Of a DNA stretch of 64,000 nucleotides, positions 1-16,020 are shown in pieces; the first letter of the stretch is position 1, and the number at the start of each line of letters is the position of its first letter. This DNA comes from Octopus vulgaris (taxonomy: Eukaryota), in contig OX597818.1 in NCBI GenBank assembly GCA_951406725.2, forward strand, positions 104,160,001-104,224,000, in the 5' to 3' direction. The notes under the pieces are model-generated. The model was not told the DNA's origin and made no database searches. It saw only the letters and a program-made list of their open reading frames with translations. Both the position numbers and the translations under genes were made by a program.

Positions 1-55
1 GTGTAAATCAAAGTCTCGTGAGTGGATTTGGTTGAGGGGAACTAAAAGAAGCCCC
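1..55 (+). mobile_element. SINE family A fragment
   Basis: gtgagtggatttggt...actaaaagaagccc matches the family A mid-region. Confidence 0.6.
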
Positions 56-341
56 TGGTATATATATGTATATATACACAAGCATACATGGCTGAAAACA
101 CAGAAAACAAACTAGAAAATGGGAGACAGAGAAAGTGGAGCGTAGATGTCCTTTTTCATCTGTATTTTTATGACCAGACTTCAGCTGATTACCAGAAAAG
201 AATATATTTTGTTGTGGTCCCAATAACAATATCTAACAGGTTGTGATTTTACTCGGTGTTTGTTTTAAGCTTAAGTCCCATTAATATTTATTTTACCTAT
301 CAGACTTTGTCGGTGTTTCCTATATTGTTATTCTCTTCCAG

Positions 342-445
342 GCTGTTCTCCTCAATGCATCATAACTCATTATAAGTCAACAACAGGGAGATTTTCCTTT
401 GCTGTTGTCACCAATGTGAATGATGACTTCTGTGTTGGTTCTACA
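342..445 (+). CDS. Candidate host exon, product unknown
   Basis: Pyrimidine-rich acceptor ttattctcttccag|, donor |gtgcgt, and one open frame (phase 1 to 0): CSPQCIITHYKSTTGRFSFAVVTNVNDDFCVGST. No family recognised. Confidence 0.3.
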
Positions 446-853
446 GTGCGTATACGTCTGTACTTGAAAGAGAATTTGTATTTATACTGTGTGCGAAACT
501 GCATATTCGTTTCAGAGGTTAGTGGCGAATGAATGCATTATATGTACGCATATACACAGCAATACCTTATATGTACGCATATACACAACGATACCTGATA
601 AACACATATTAATATACACATGCAGATACCTATATACATATACGTGTTAGCACGTTTGCTTTTACAGTCACGACAAACACATTCGTAATCACGCACATGC
701 CCATATTTTATGAGCATGATTGCATGTCATGAAATAACCGTTTAGATTTGAATAAACACGCGTTGTTTACAAACATTACGCGTCTACGTCAAGAAGACTG
801 TGTTGAACCGCCGGATTCATGACTTACATGGATGACTGGTGGCCATACTATTG

Positions 854-930
<77 letters not shown>

Positions 931-952
931 TGTCGTTGTTGTTGTTGTTGTC
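854..952. repeat. (TAG)n/(GTT)n microsatellite
   Basis: Direct inspection. Confidence 0.95.
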
Positions 953-1232
953 GTATCTTTTAGCCCTGAACTGAGATAGGCAATCCGATGTTCACTAGGT
1001 TACAATGACACATCCCTGCTAGACAGAGATGTTTTGTACCTAGAAAGAACTTATCTAACGCGTGCTTCATTAACTTAAGGCGTTTGCGAACTGCGTCACT
1101 TTTAATAGCAATCCAAATGACCGTCAAGCAATCGCCTTCTTAGCTCGGTGCGATTATTTTTATTTTATTTTATTTATTTATTATTTTATTTATCTGGTGG
1201 TGGAGGAGAACAGGGCGTGTTTTGAGGAACAT

Positions 1233-1450
1233 TACGAGCGGGCGCTGAAAAAATCCTGACTTTAAGTGTACTGGGATAGGCCTTCTTGTAGGCCCAAGCT
1301 ACCGAGTTCTTCTCAACGGCTCAGAAAGATTGAATGTGCGCTACAATACGTATGTGAATCTGAGAGGGAATATGTTGTATAAATTCATATTTAACGGATT
1401 CTTCTGTATGTTTTTAGCCAGAGCCAGGAACCTTTCAGCATCTCTTCGTA
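1233..1450 (+). mobile_element. Mariner-derived MITE
   Basis: Imperfect TIRs TA-cgagcgggcgctgaaaaaatcctgact / agccaggaacctttcagcatctcttcg-TA, with an internal remnant of the mariner transposase end (..V.LRG.YV.*). Confidence 0.7.
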
Positions 1451-1610
1451 GATTCATAAAATACTATGTCACATGTTCGTACAAGTAGTATATTTATATA
1501 AATCACTAAAAGAATGTTGACTAAATAAATCATGATCCCGCAGTCAGTTTATGAATGCTCTTGCCGACATAGCTTACAGCAGTCGTAAATATTTACATAT
1601 ATATCGCATA

Positions 1611-1760
1611 TAGGAGCATTCGTGTCTGTGCGCTAAGAAGTTTACCTGTCACCCACATGGTTCCAACTTCAGTCTCTAGGGCATGTGTCTTCTACTATAG
1701 CCTCGGGGCGACCAAGCCTTGTGAGAATACCTGGTAGACGGAAGCAGAAAGACGCCCGTC
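1611..1760 (+). mobile_element. SINE family A, 5' half
   Basis: Similar to 50521-50685. Confidence 0.75.
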
Positions 1761-1764
1761 ACAT

Positions 1765-1800
<36 letters not shown>

Positions 1801-1810
1801 GTGTGTGTGT

Positions 1811-1853
<43 letters not shown>

Positions 1854-2079
1854 TGTGTGTGTATGTATGTATGTTTTATGTACATATGTATGAATGTATA
1901 TATATATATATATATAATGTTTTTATTTTTCATTCCCTTCGCAATTTTATCCCTAGTAGTGGTTTCGAATTTAACTGTCCTCTCTAGCGTGCAAGGAATC
2001 CTATGATGGATGCTTCTTATGTGTTTAAATGTACACTGTATCAATATATATATATATATAATTTATCTAACGCGCCCTA

Positions 2080-2245
2080 TAGGCGTAGGAGTGGCTGTGT
2101 GCTTAGTAGCTGACTTACCAACCACATGGTTCCAGCTTCAATGCCTCTGCGTGACACCTAGGGCAAGTGTCTTCTACTAATGCCTCGGGCCGACCAGATC
2201 CTTGTGAGTGGATTTAGTAGACGAAAGCTGAAAGAAGTCCATCGT
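2080..2245 (+). mobile_element. SINE family A, 5' half
   Basis: Starts aggcgtaggagtggctgtgtg; ends gaaagaagtccatcg before (TA)n(TG)n. Confidence 0.85.
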
Positions 2246-2286
2246 ATATATATATATATGTTTGTGTGTGTGTGTGTGTGTTTGAG

Positions 2287-2342
<56 letters not shown>

Positions 2343-2956
2343 CGTATAATATCTAAACATATTTTCTCAATCCGTTTTCTCCCTTTTTTTCCCCTTAATC
2401 CTTTCTGTCGAAGACCATGGGCTCAAGATGTCAAAAGGCTTTTACATTCTTGCCGAACGTTAATCTAATACACCTGCGGTTGTTCAGAAAAGAGCGACAC
2501 CATCATAAGTACCAGGCTTATGACTTAAATAATACTCGGATCGATTCATACGACTAAAATTCTCCAAGTCGATAACCCAGTATGCCTGCAGTCAAATAAC
2601 TGAAACAATTAAAAATATAAAAGGCATCACCCAATGTATCTTACAATATTTTAGACTGAACAATGTAAAATCTAGGAACATTTGGTTGCTATTTCCAGGG
2701 TAGCGACTCAACACGTGCAGGCTTCTTTGTTGGCTTGTGAAATGTTAATATTAAAGACGTTATGGTAGATTGGGTTTGGGAGGCGGTTATTCGGTAGTGA
2801 GTGAAGTAGATGACTTGTAATCACTCTAACGAACCATATAACCATATTCATTATTACCTTGGCAACGCGTTAACAACCGGAATTTTATTATGTCACCTGA
2901 CTCCTTTTAAATTTGAATAATGAAAGCCTGTCAGAAAAGATGGTTTACGCTGTCGT

Positions 2957-3365
2957 TTGATAGCTGTGATAGTGATAATGATGGTGATGATGATGGTGGT
3001 GGTGGTGGTGGTGGTGGTGGTGGTGGTGGTGTTGCTGTTGTCGTTGTTGATGTTGTTGTTGGTGGTGGTGATAGTGGTGAGTGAGTGGTGGGTAATGGTA
3101 GTAGGTAGTGGTGGTGGTAGTGGTGTGATGAAGAGGCTGCTGCTGCTACTGCTGCTGCTGATGACGATGACGTTGATAATGGTGACCAAGACGTTTATCA
3201 TGATCATGATGATGGTTGTCGTGGTGGTGATGGTGGGACGGCGGCTACGGTGGTGGTGGTAGTGGTGGTGGTGGTGGTGGTGGTGGTTGTGGTAGTGGTG
3301 GTGATGGTAGTAGGTGGTGCTGCTGTCACTGCTACCGCTAGTGCTGCAACTGATGACGATGACGT

Positions 3366-3396
<31 letters not shown>

Positions 3397-3980
3397 ATTT
3401 ATGACGATATTTGCTGAAGTCGATGGTGATTGTGATGATAACAATTTTGATGAAAATAAAATGGCTGATGTTCCTGCTAATGAGAATGCGAATGAGGAGG
3501 ACTGCTCTGATGATGGTGATTGTAATTATGACAATGCGGTTTCGTGTGCTGGTTGGCCGCGACTGCCTGCTCTTCATCATTATCATGATGATGATGATGC
3601 TGCAAACGATCATACTGATCATCATCATCATCATCATCATGATGAAGACGATTATGATAATGCTATATTTCGTGACAAGAGTGCTAAGCATGAATGTTGA
3701 TAATGATGTTGTTGATGGTGATACTGATGATGATATTTCAAGGGGATAATGACAATGAGGGCGAGTGAGATATTGATGATGATGATGATGAGGAGGAGGA
3801 GGAGGAGGAGGAAGCGGATCGCTCTGATAATGATGATGATGCTGGTGGTGGTGGTAGCGGTGATTGTTGATGATGGTGATGATGGTGGTGATATTGAGGA
3901 TGATGATGGTGGTCATGTTGATGATGATGATGATAATGCTGATAATTACGATGATGATGATGATGACAATGATGAGGTTG

Positions 3981-4013
<33 letters not shown>

Positions 4014-4028
4014 TTTATTATGATTATG

Positions 4029-4081
<53 letters not shown>

Positions 4082-4700
4082 CATGGCCGTTTTGGAATAG
4101 GTGATATAGTTGGGAGAATTGATAGCAGAGACGGAAGAGATTGCGGTTGAGGTAGTCGTGGTGGTGGTGTTGGTGGCAATCGTGGTGGTCATCGTCGTCG
4201 TCGTCGTCGTGATGAAATCGGTTATGATGGTGGAGATGATGACGATGGGGTGGGGTGAGGTGGGGGGTAAAGGTGTCGTTGATGTTTAAAAACGATGATG
4301 GTGTCTGCGATGGAAGAGGCTGGATGATGGGTTAGCGATACAGTTGCGATTATCAGGCAAGATGACGATAACGACAATCATGACAATGCCGATAAGGACG
4401 ATGGCGAATACGACGACAACGATGACGACGATGAAGATGCGGCGTGGGGGGGAGGGGAGGTTGATGATGATAGAAGTGATAAATATGAAGATCTTCCATG
4501 AGATTATAGCGGTAACATCGAGCGAGGTGATGACAATGACGATGGTGATCACTGTCAAGTTGATCTTGATTATAACAATCATCATCATCATCATCATCAT
4601 CTTCGTCATCAATATCATCATCAGCAACAGCAGCAGTATCGTTGTCGTCATTATCGTCATCATAACAATCATGATAGTGATAATTGTAATAGAAATCATG
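2957..4700. repeat. Mosaic trinucleotide low-complexity region (GGT/GAT/TAT/CAT/GAC)
   Basis: Direct inspection; the source of many spurious poly-amino-acid ORFs. Confidence 0.95.
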
Positions 4701-4970
4701 TTCAAAATTAGACGATATAATCACCGCCATTTCTGCCTACACCTCATCCTCTTCCTCCACCCCCGCTCCTGTTCCTCTACCTTCTACCCCGCCCCCCTGC
4801 CGCACCTACTCCCCTTACTCCTTATCTTCGTCGTGAATGACAAGTAATTTATCATGAGCAGAAATACAACCGGCCTCATATATACGCGCACACGCACACA
4901 CATACACACACATATACACACACACGTATATGTATATATGTATACATATACACGTGTGTGTATGTATATG

Positions 4971-5082
<112 letters not shown>

Positions 5083-5527
5083 ATATATATTAATTTATAT
5101 GCGTGTCTATATATACTTATGTGTGTGTATGTATGTCTTTGTATAACCTTTGTTGCCTTTAAAAAAAGGGGAATATTTAAACGAATTATATTTCCTTATA
5201 TATTTTGAATATTTTAAATTTCATTCTTTCATTCCAAGAGAAAATTAATGTCAATATAAGTGGAAACAATGTTGTACTAAATTCCTTTAATTACTTCAGG
5301 CTATGAACAGATAGGACAAAATTCCCAGTATACACACGCATGTATATACGCAAAACTAGACACGGAAACACTGATACACAGGAAAAATTCTCGTTGGTAC
5401 AAACTGAAATATAAAGTTGAGCACTTATTTTGCTTTTGTTGTACCTCGAATGCACATGTATACACACATTATTATATCTATAAGTAGGTGTGTGTATAAA
5501 GCTGTATATGCATATGTATGTTTACAT

Positions 5528-5572
<45 letters not shown>

Positions 5573-5715
5573 TATATGTATATATTTATAGATGCATGTA
5601 TATATACATATATATGCATATATATATGTATACATAAACATATATATACATACATCTATAAATATATACATATATGCATATATATATGTATATATAACTG
5701 TATATATATATATGG

Positions 5716-5750
<35 letters not shown>

Positions 5751-6765
5751 ACTGTATATATATATATGGGTATATATATATATATGTATATATAATCGTA
5801 TATGTACATGTATGTATATATGTATGCACGCACATATATATGATTATATATATATTTTTCTCTCACACATTCATGCAAACAAGCGCGCATACACACACTC
5901 ATACAAATACGCGTGCATACACACATATACACACATGCGCGCGCACACACACACATACTCATATAGACAGACAATGCAGGAGTTATACATACACGTGCCC
6001 GCTCCTTCGTATTAACACACGTGTATATAAAACAAAGAATGTTTACATAAATATTTATGCCACCTACACACGCTTATGTATCACATACACATACACACAC
6101 ACACACGATCATACGTATACACATTACAACATTCGTACGTACACAATCCAGATCAAAATATTTCCATATGTGTGTGCGTCTCTTCGTGACATTGTGTATG
6201 CCGTTATATCGGTTTATATTTCCTTGTGTGTATATACATGTATAAATACGAAACATCCTCTTCTCTTATCTCTGTCTGTGCGTTTATAGCTCTGTGTATG
6301 CATGGTTATGTATGCAAGCTTGTGAGGGTGTATGTATTTGAGTTGCATCCATGTGTGTTTCTGTATTTTATTGGCTGAATATAAGAAGAAAAAGACACTA
6401 CATTTTCTGAACAGAAAGGAAGTTCCAAGTCTTATTGTCATACGACTAACACGCTTCCACAGACTCGTTGTTGTTTGATTGGTCTTAGTGACAACATTGA
6501 TTTTTGTGTACAAATACACACATCATTCCCAATAATTACAACAATATAATGCATGATTTCGACATTTGCTCGTCACTTTTAGTTCGCATTTTATATTCAT
6601 ATGTCAAAATCTCGTGACAGCACTTTTATATCGCCCAGAAAAATCCTTACGACGACCTGCAATGCAAAGGCCAGACCATATGCAATTACTGCCATGTTAT
6701 TGTTTAGGTTTCAAATCTGAAACTACATCACATCAATCGAGACAGTATTAGAACATATTTAACCC

Positions 6766-6813
<48 letters not shown>

Positions 6814-7043
6814 AGAGTTTACGAAAAAAATAAAAAACGAAGACAGGTGGTGTAAAAAAGAAATAGATGTATTAGTATATATATATATATATATATATAC
6901 ATATATATGTATATTATATAAATAATATATAAATATATGTATACGTACATACATGCATATAGGTAATGATTACAGGACATAAAAAGAGACGTGGACAGAA
7001 TGTGAAACGGGAACACAAAGAACAAAAATGACATTTATATGAC

Positions 7044-7215
<172 letters not shown>

Positions 7216-7239
7216 TTACATATATATATAGATATGAAT

Positions 7240-7439
7240 ATGTGACCGCGTGTCTATCGTTGGCGATTGTCTTTCTCCGTCTTCTCTTCCTAGGGCCTTT
7301 CCTTATTCTATGTTTCTGACCAAGAGCTCCGCTCGAAATGGTAAACCCTCCTTCTTTCTTTCCTTTCCTGAGCGTCCAATAACACTATTCTTGTCCACGT
7401 CCTCGCGTTGTTGTGTTTTCTCTTTGTTCATGTTTGGAT

Positions 7440-7445
<6 letters not shown>
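7240..7445 (+). mobile_element. Short (TA)n-flanked insert with degenerate hammerhead (probable PLE 3' end)
   Basis: 7312-7346 reads GUUU CUGACCAA GAGC-UCC-GCUC GAAA UGG UA AAC. The downstream tail resembles 45675-45765. Confidence 0.55.
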
Positions 7446-7475
<30 letters not shown>

Positions 7476-7494
7476 TCATTAGATATATCATTAG

Positions 7495-7780
7495 ATAAAC
7501 TGAAATGTGTTCCGACCAAAGATTGGTCCAGGTCATGTCTAACATAATAGTACCACCAGATAAGATTTTCTAAATCAATTTTAAGTCAAATTTTGTAGTA
7601 TCATGGCCCATTTGAGTAGTGAATACTTGTTGAGTGAGTTGTGTCCAGGTACCGGAGGCATATTCACCATTCCTTGAAGAAATCTACCCACATTCCGTTT
7701 AAAGGTAATGAGATCCTTTTCGTCTTTGATCTGTTTTGGGACAATGTTAAAGAGAGAAGGGCCTGTTGAGGAAAATGTTA
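7495..7780 (-). mobile_element. CR1/L2-group LINE 3' fragment
   Basis: Minus-strand translation FSSTGPSLFNIVPKQIKDEKDLITFKRNVGRFLQ....PPVPG..SLNK.SLLKW fits the GP.LFN.LP..I......FK..LD.FL C-terminal pattern, followed by a short 3' UTR. Confidence 0.65.
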
Positions 7781-8485
7781 CAGTGTATTTTTGTATATCT
7801 ATCTTTCTTTCTATCTTCCTGTTTGTCTATGTATCTATATAGCTATCTATCTGCCTGCCCGTCTTTCTATCTACATACATGCATACATATATATATTCGA
7901 CAAAGCTTAATACAGACCCATATTAGTTGAAATCCGTTCCTGCATGTATACGAAACAATATATACCCTCGAGGTAATTCAAATAATTAAGTTGAATCCGA
8001 TACCATCTCACTGAGGACCGAAATATTTCGCTCCAGGTGACAGATAACAGATTTGTGGACAAGGTTATCTCTCCAATATACAAACACACATATATAAGTG
8101 CAAACGTGAATATGTCTCAATTTCCTTGATGCCAAATGCGAATTCTACGACAAGACCTTTGAACACATGACGCAGTGACGCGCTTAATTCATATCCATGC
8201 GACTGCAAATGTCAATTAGGTCATATTTCTAAGGATGATACATTACATGTGAAGCTGCTGCTCTTACACTATGAGTAATATACTGCCTTTCATTGCGGTA
8301 TTATGTTCAGGGGAAACAATATACTACAGAAACAGTAGTAAAAAATAAAGCAACCCTGGATAAATATAAAAATTATTAGTCATTTGCATAAATGTGTTAT
8401 CACAAGACAAATCGGTGGAAATTTTCTGTCTCTACTACTTAGCGCTGTCCTCTCATACACTATTAAAATATATCCATACACCATA

Positions 8486-8694
8486 TACGAGGGAGTACTA
8501 CCTTTTGCTTTTTTACTTGTTTCAGTCATTTGACTGCGGCCATGCTAGAGCACCGCTTTCAGTCGAGCAAATCAAGCCCAGGACTTATTCTATCGCCCTC
8601 TTTTGCCGAACCGCTAAGTTACGGGAACGTAGACACACCAGCATTGGTTGTCAAGCGATGATGGAGGGACAAACACAGACACAAAAACACACAG

Positions 8695-8744
<50 letters not shown>

Positions 8745-9125
8745 ATATATACGACGAGCTTCTTTCAGTTTCCGTCTACCAAATTAACTCACAAGGCTTT
8801 GGTCGGCTCGAGGCTATAGTAGAAGACACTCTAACCAAGCTGCCACGCAGTGGAAGTGAATCCGGAACCATGTGTTTGGTAAGAAAGCTACTTACTACAC
8901 AACCGCTCCTGAGTACTGAAAATTTCCTGGTTTTTAGGGTATCACGAAAGGCTTGGCTGGAGGTACAACAATCTGAGTTCTGTTACAGGACTTCGAAACA
9001 CGGAAGAACGACCTCAATAAGTGTATGGATCTAAGAAGGGAATGTGTTGAATAAAATCATAATTAACCGATTCTGCTGTATATTCTTTTACCCAAATCCA
9101 GGAAGGTTTGCAGTATACCCTCATT
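8486..9125 (+). mobile_element. Second mariner-derived MITE, left TIR interrupted by a SINE
   Basis: tacgagggagtact | SINE | gagtactgaaaatttcctgg; the body 8960-9125 is similar to 1300-1450, including aataagtgtatggatctaagaagggaatgtgttgaataa. Confidence 0.65.
8500..8910 (-). mobile_element. SINE family A, full length, with 7-bp target-site duplication
   Basis: Reverse complement of family A; gagtact at 8493-8499 and 8911-8917. Confidence 0.88.
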
Positions 9126-9923
9126 CTCTTAAATTGATATACAACTGATAATTACCAGCTGATACTAATGCAAAGGAACACTTGGAGTCTTAGAAATGAA
9201 ACCTGTTAGTTCCAATTTCTTGTATTTAAAATTCTTTTACATGAATTCTGCAGATAGTAACAGAATTCCACATATATAAAAGGAAATTTCTGATGTATGA
9301 CAGTATATGGCTGCTGACACTCGTTAAAGAACTTTGGAAAGAACCCTATAAATTTATTTCCCATATGATATTAAATATATGTTATTTATGTATGTATGTT
9401 ATGTATTTATGTACATATTTATGCATATATATACGTATATATATATATATATTTCTGAGTACCTCATTTCTTCTAATATAAAATACCTGTACATCATCTC
9501 CAAACCTTCCAATATATATATATATATATATACGTATATATATATGCTTACATAGATATGTGCATAAATACATACATGCGTAAATAACACATTATATTTA
9601 TATGTTGATTTTGTTCATTCGTTATAATCTTGAATTAACCTTGCACTGACGATTAAAAAGTACATTACTGCATTAATTATGAAATCACGGTGATATACAG
9701 CTAAATTTTGATTTTAAGTGTCTTGCTTCGAGAGTTGCATTCGGTACAATGTGTTTATTTATTTTGGTAGTTTTGACTTTAAGTGTCCTTCCTCGCTTGT
9801 GGGATTTATGCCCTCTATATAATATAAATAAATATATTTAAGTGAAAAAATTTCTCTTATGAGCTTTTTCACGCTAACGACTTGACAAATTCTTATAAAA
9901 ATTTTATTCTATTTTTAAACTGT

Positions 9924-9992
<69 letters not shown>

Positions 9993-10289
9993 ATGATACT
10001 GATATATTATTGATATACACACGATAACTACTAAGCGAGTAGCTGGAAGGATACCTAAACTTTTGCAATAAAAAATAGTTGTAAACTATCTCTCAAGGTG
10101 TACTGCCGTAAAGAAATGATGGGATGGCACTTTAAATACAATACATAATATAGAGGAAGAAAATAGACCAAGTTTGCCCTAGATGGAATTCCTTTCCTCA
10201 TCGATCTGCTCTTTCACAGATATTCCGGTGTTAAATCCGAAAAGGGATAACAAAAGAAAACAAAGACGTTTGCTTTCTATTTACATGTT

Positions 10290-10395
10290 CACGAGTTCAA
10301 TCCCACAGCGTGACAACTTGGCCCGGTCTATTCTTCTTTGGCAACGCTCCGACGACACATTTCTAAGTGGATTTCATGGAGAGACATTGAAATGA

Positions 10396-10439
<44 letters not shown>

Positions 10440-10645
10440 GTGTCTGTGCCTCCAATATCACTTGACAACCGATGCTGGTGTTTTTTACGTCCCCGTAACT
10501 TAGCGGTTCGGCAAAAGTGACCGATAGAATAACTACTTGGCTTATAAAGAATAATTCCTGGGGTCGATTTGCTCGACTAAAGGCGGTGCTCCAGCATGGT
10601 CGCAGTCAAATGACTGAAACAAGTAAAAGAGTAAAAGGGTAAAAG
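10290..10645 (+). mobile_element. SINE family A
   Basis: Decayed 5' half and well-conserved 3' half. Confidence 0.85.
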
Positions 10646-11499
10646 GGAATATGTTATTTGCATTCACAAACAGTGGTAGCACTTTATCTCCATTTCCACA
10701 CATTATAATCACTTCTTGTTCCCAACAAAAGGGAAATATGCATCGCTGATACGATCATACAAGATGGAAATACCTCTGTTGAATTTAAAGACAAGATTAA
10801 CTTCTAACAGCGTTGCTTTAGCTCTCCAAAAATTTGCATCAGCTGATATAATTGGATTTAATACACTTTCTCGGTGCTTTTAGAATTCAAACATGGCTGG
10901 AACCTCTTTATATCTTTTAATTGATGGACACTCTTAAATGATCGGTGTTATTACCTCGATATTTTAGTGTTTCAAACAAACTTCAAGAGATTAATTCGCA
11001 AAATATGAAGAAATAATCTTTTAAAAAAAGTGAAATAAGGAGATCAAACGAGAACCTGATGCGAGGCGCACCCACATGAGTATTTAGCACACGAAAAGCA
11101 CCTTTGAGAATTTTTCTTCTCTTTCTATTGTTGATCTTAATGATCAGCTTCGATGCATTCACTCTATTTCTACATAAATTAGTCGATATTCCCTATTGTA
11201 TGAAAATGTTGAAATGCTTGTCTACTGAGGTCGAATAAGGTGGAAACGTGTTTATTTAGAACAGCTCATATTAGCAAAAATTCCTGCGATTAGCTTAATT
11301 TTCCAAAGTTGATTTTTAGTGGATATTGCTAGAGTTAAATATTTTCCTACATATGCGCGTATGCTGAAATCGATTAAAGGGAGAATTTGTTTTCAAATTG
11401 CAGGGATAATGGCTGTCAATTAAAGCATTTCATACCACTGTATTACAGTGATGAAACTCAGTGACGCACACTCACATGTATACACATATATATACTCAT

Positions 11500-11632
11500 G
11501 CATACTTATTTAATCGACACCGAAAGGATGAAAGGCAAAGTCGATCTCGGCGGAATTTGAACTCAGAACATGACGACACACAAATACCGCTGAACATTTC
11601 GACCGGTGTGTTAACGATTCTGCCAGCTTGCC
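11500..11632 (-). mobile_element. SINE family B fragment
   Basis: cgaaaggatgaaaggcaaagtcga.ctcggcggaatttgaactcagaac. Confidence 0.8.
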
Positions 11633-11662
11633 TATATATGCATATACATATATATATATACA

Positions 11663-11752
<90 letters not shown>

Positions 11753-11786
11753 ATCTATACAATATGTTACATTACTCGGTAGTCAA

Positions 11787-11847
11787 GATAAAACTCTGAG
11801 TTTCAGATGCCGAAGTGGAAATCCACAACACCATCTCTTCGGTTATC
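11787..11847 (-). ncRNA. Hammerhead-like motif in the 3' region of the PLE fragment (core variant)
   Basis: Minus strand: GAUAA CCGAAG AGAUG-(22 nt)-CAUCU GAAA CUCAGAG UU UUAUC. 5-bp stem I and 5-bp stem II; core has U4->C. Lies ~200 nt downstream of the GIY-YIG stop codon. Confidence 0.6.
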
Positions 11848-12042
11848 TGGCTATTTGAAAACGTTATGAAAAAATACCGTTAAAAATGAAGGGAAATTAC
11901 TCTGTTATAACTCTGCTTTGCCTGCGTACTTATACATCGCTCGCATTTTTCGTCATAAAAATTATATAAAAATACATAAAAATATATAAAAATATATAAA
12001 AATATATAAAATCTTCTTGGGACATAACACAGAAAGCATGTT

Positions 12043-12735
12043 CTATCCGTTTTCTTTAGGGGACCAAAAACGTAACAGAAATTTAGTCACATGTGGGCAT
12101 GATCCGAAAAGCTCTGTCCTTGTATTTAGACATGTGGTAGGGTCTAAGCTGCTTTTCCAGATAAGCCATCTCTCCATGTCGCATAAACCGCACCTTCCGC
12201 TGCCGTTAGTATAGGGCTTACATCTGGCCAAAATCTTCCATTGTATGTTATAATCGACACCTTTATCTCTTAAAGACCAAATATGATTGGATAATTGTGT
12301 CGCTTTTCTTTTGTTCCAGTGCCTAAAGCTCAAAGTGTGGTTATTGAACCTGGCCTTGAAATTACCCTCTGTCAGGCCCACGTATTTCTTCGTCGAAACG
12401 GTGTCTTTAGTGGTTATAGAGTTTACGGTAGCTTCATATATGATGGTCTTGCACATGCAAGCTCCATTTAGCGGGCACAATTCTTTATTCCTGCATGAAC
12501 AGCTGTTTTCTTCTTGTGTTTTTTGTATGTTATGATTGATTATGTTTTTAAAATTGGTAGTTGAACTAAAACTAATTTTTAAATTGTGTCTATTGAAGAG
12601 TTTCCTATAAGCATGGTTAACTGGAAAATGTCTATCTATCAGTGCTAGGAAATATTTACCTATATTGAAGGCCACCTCGGGTGAGTAAGGGGGCGTAAAC
12701 CAGATGACCTTCCTATTTCTATTATTCCTTTTCCT
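12043..12735 (-). pseudogene. Penelope-like element C-terminal fragment (linker + GIY-YIG endonuclease), Naiad-like cysteine pattern
   Basis: Frame extends upstream of the ORF call: RKRNNRNRKVIWFTPPYSPEVAFNIGKYFL...CSCRNKELCPLNGAC...IIYEATV...KYVGLTEGNFKARFNNH...LSNHIW...CGLC..E...LN.R.E...CPH. Confidence 0.88.
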
Positions 12736-12793
12736 TATTGGAAAACAATAAACTTTTCTTCTAATTTTTCTAAATTTAATTATTTAATCGTTA

Positions 12794-12831
12794 CAGTTGA
12801 AAAGGTCTCAAAATGACCGAAACCGGTACTG
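12794..12831 (+). ncRNA. Degenerate minimal hammerhead motif
   Basis: CAG UUGAAAA GGUC-UCAAAAU-GACC GAAA CCGG UA CUG: all three stems and the palindromic stem III are intact; two core substitutions relative to CUGAAGA. Confidence 0.6.
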
Positions 12832-12880
12832 AAATGTTCACTATAAAATTATTTTAGCATTTTCTATTTTTTACTTGTTT

Positions 12881-12961
<81 letters not shown>

Positions 12962-13902
12962 TATATGAGATGTGCATTCAGCTGGAGTTTATTAAGCATT
13001 CTCTATCTAAAAGGGTAGAAAATTGACGTAGCACAGTATTCTATTTTCAGTTTTCCTCTTCGGTCGTTCTTAAAGACATTACGCTTATTGAAACTCCAGA
13101 ATATTGTATCGGAAATTTACTCACTCGTATGATATCAGTAACGTGTTAGTTATATCATGCAGATTGTTCACTAAATTCGCTTAATTGAATTGCTTCATTG
13201 AAGACAGGATTTGGTGTAAATTAGCAAAATCATCTGTTGCACATGCAGATAACTATTGTCATTATCTTGTAGCTTGTTCTAATGTGCCCAAACGAGCTCA
13301 GTTAGTCTTCCCTTTTATTTGCTTTTGTGAAAATGTTGAATAAGAAAAGAGACAAATTGATTATTAAATCAAAACTCAGGCAACTGTTAGGCTTTGTAGT
13401 CAATTACATATACACTAAAGGAAAATAAATTACTACTGGTTTAAATCACCAAAGAGAGTGACGTCCCAGTGAACCATGCTTAAGGCTCTGGTTCAAATCA
13501 TTGTGTGTATCCACATCACTTCATTTACATTTACAAATGTACATGCGTATGTAGAACTAGGTTTTTCAATAACATGGACGAAATGGAAAATTAAACACAT
13601 GTCACACTACTGAAACGAACATTTGCAGTAGAACTCACTTTCAATGGACGTATTGGAGCTGGAGTTATACACATCACAGTTAAATACTTCAAATTTCATC
13701 TATTATATATCGAAAAATATTGTCTTTTACTCCAACTTCAACCTTAATTCAGGAGAGCAATTAACATCAGAATTCTAGCCATCACTTCACCTCGCTTCTT
13801 TGCTGGAATAAATAGTATATCCTAGAGCAGATTATTTAATGCAAACATATTTCTAAGACTGTAAAATGGAGAGAAACTGGTTGCATTGTTATCGTAAGGT
13901 CG

Positions 13903-16020
<2,118 letters not shown>

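Noticed and set aside
2893-4847. Overlapping long His/Thr/Asp/Ile-rich ORFs suggesting a low-complexity protein
   Set aside because: Open in several frames on both strands, purely a trinucleotide mosaic, with no splice or domain evidence.
9372-9600. Imperfect inverted repeats around small inserts (also 27540-27660)
   Set aside because: Arms are mostly self-complementary TA/TG low-complexity sequence, so the symmetry is weak evidence.
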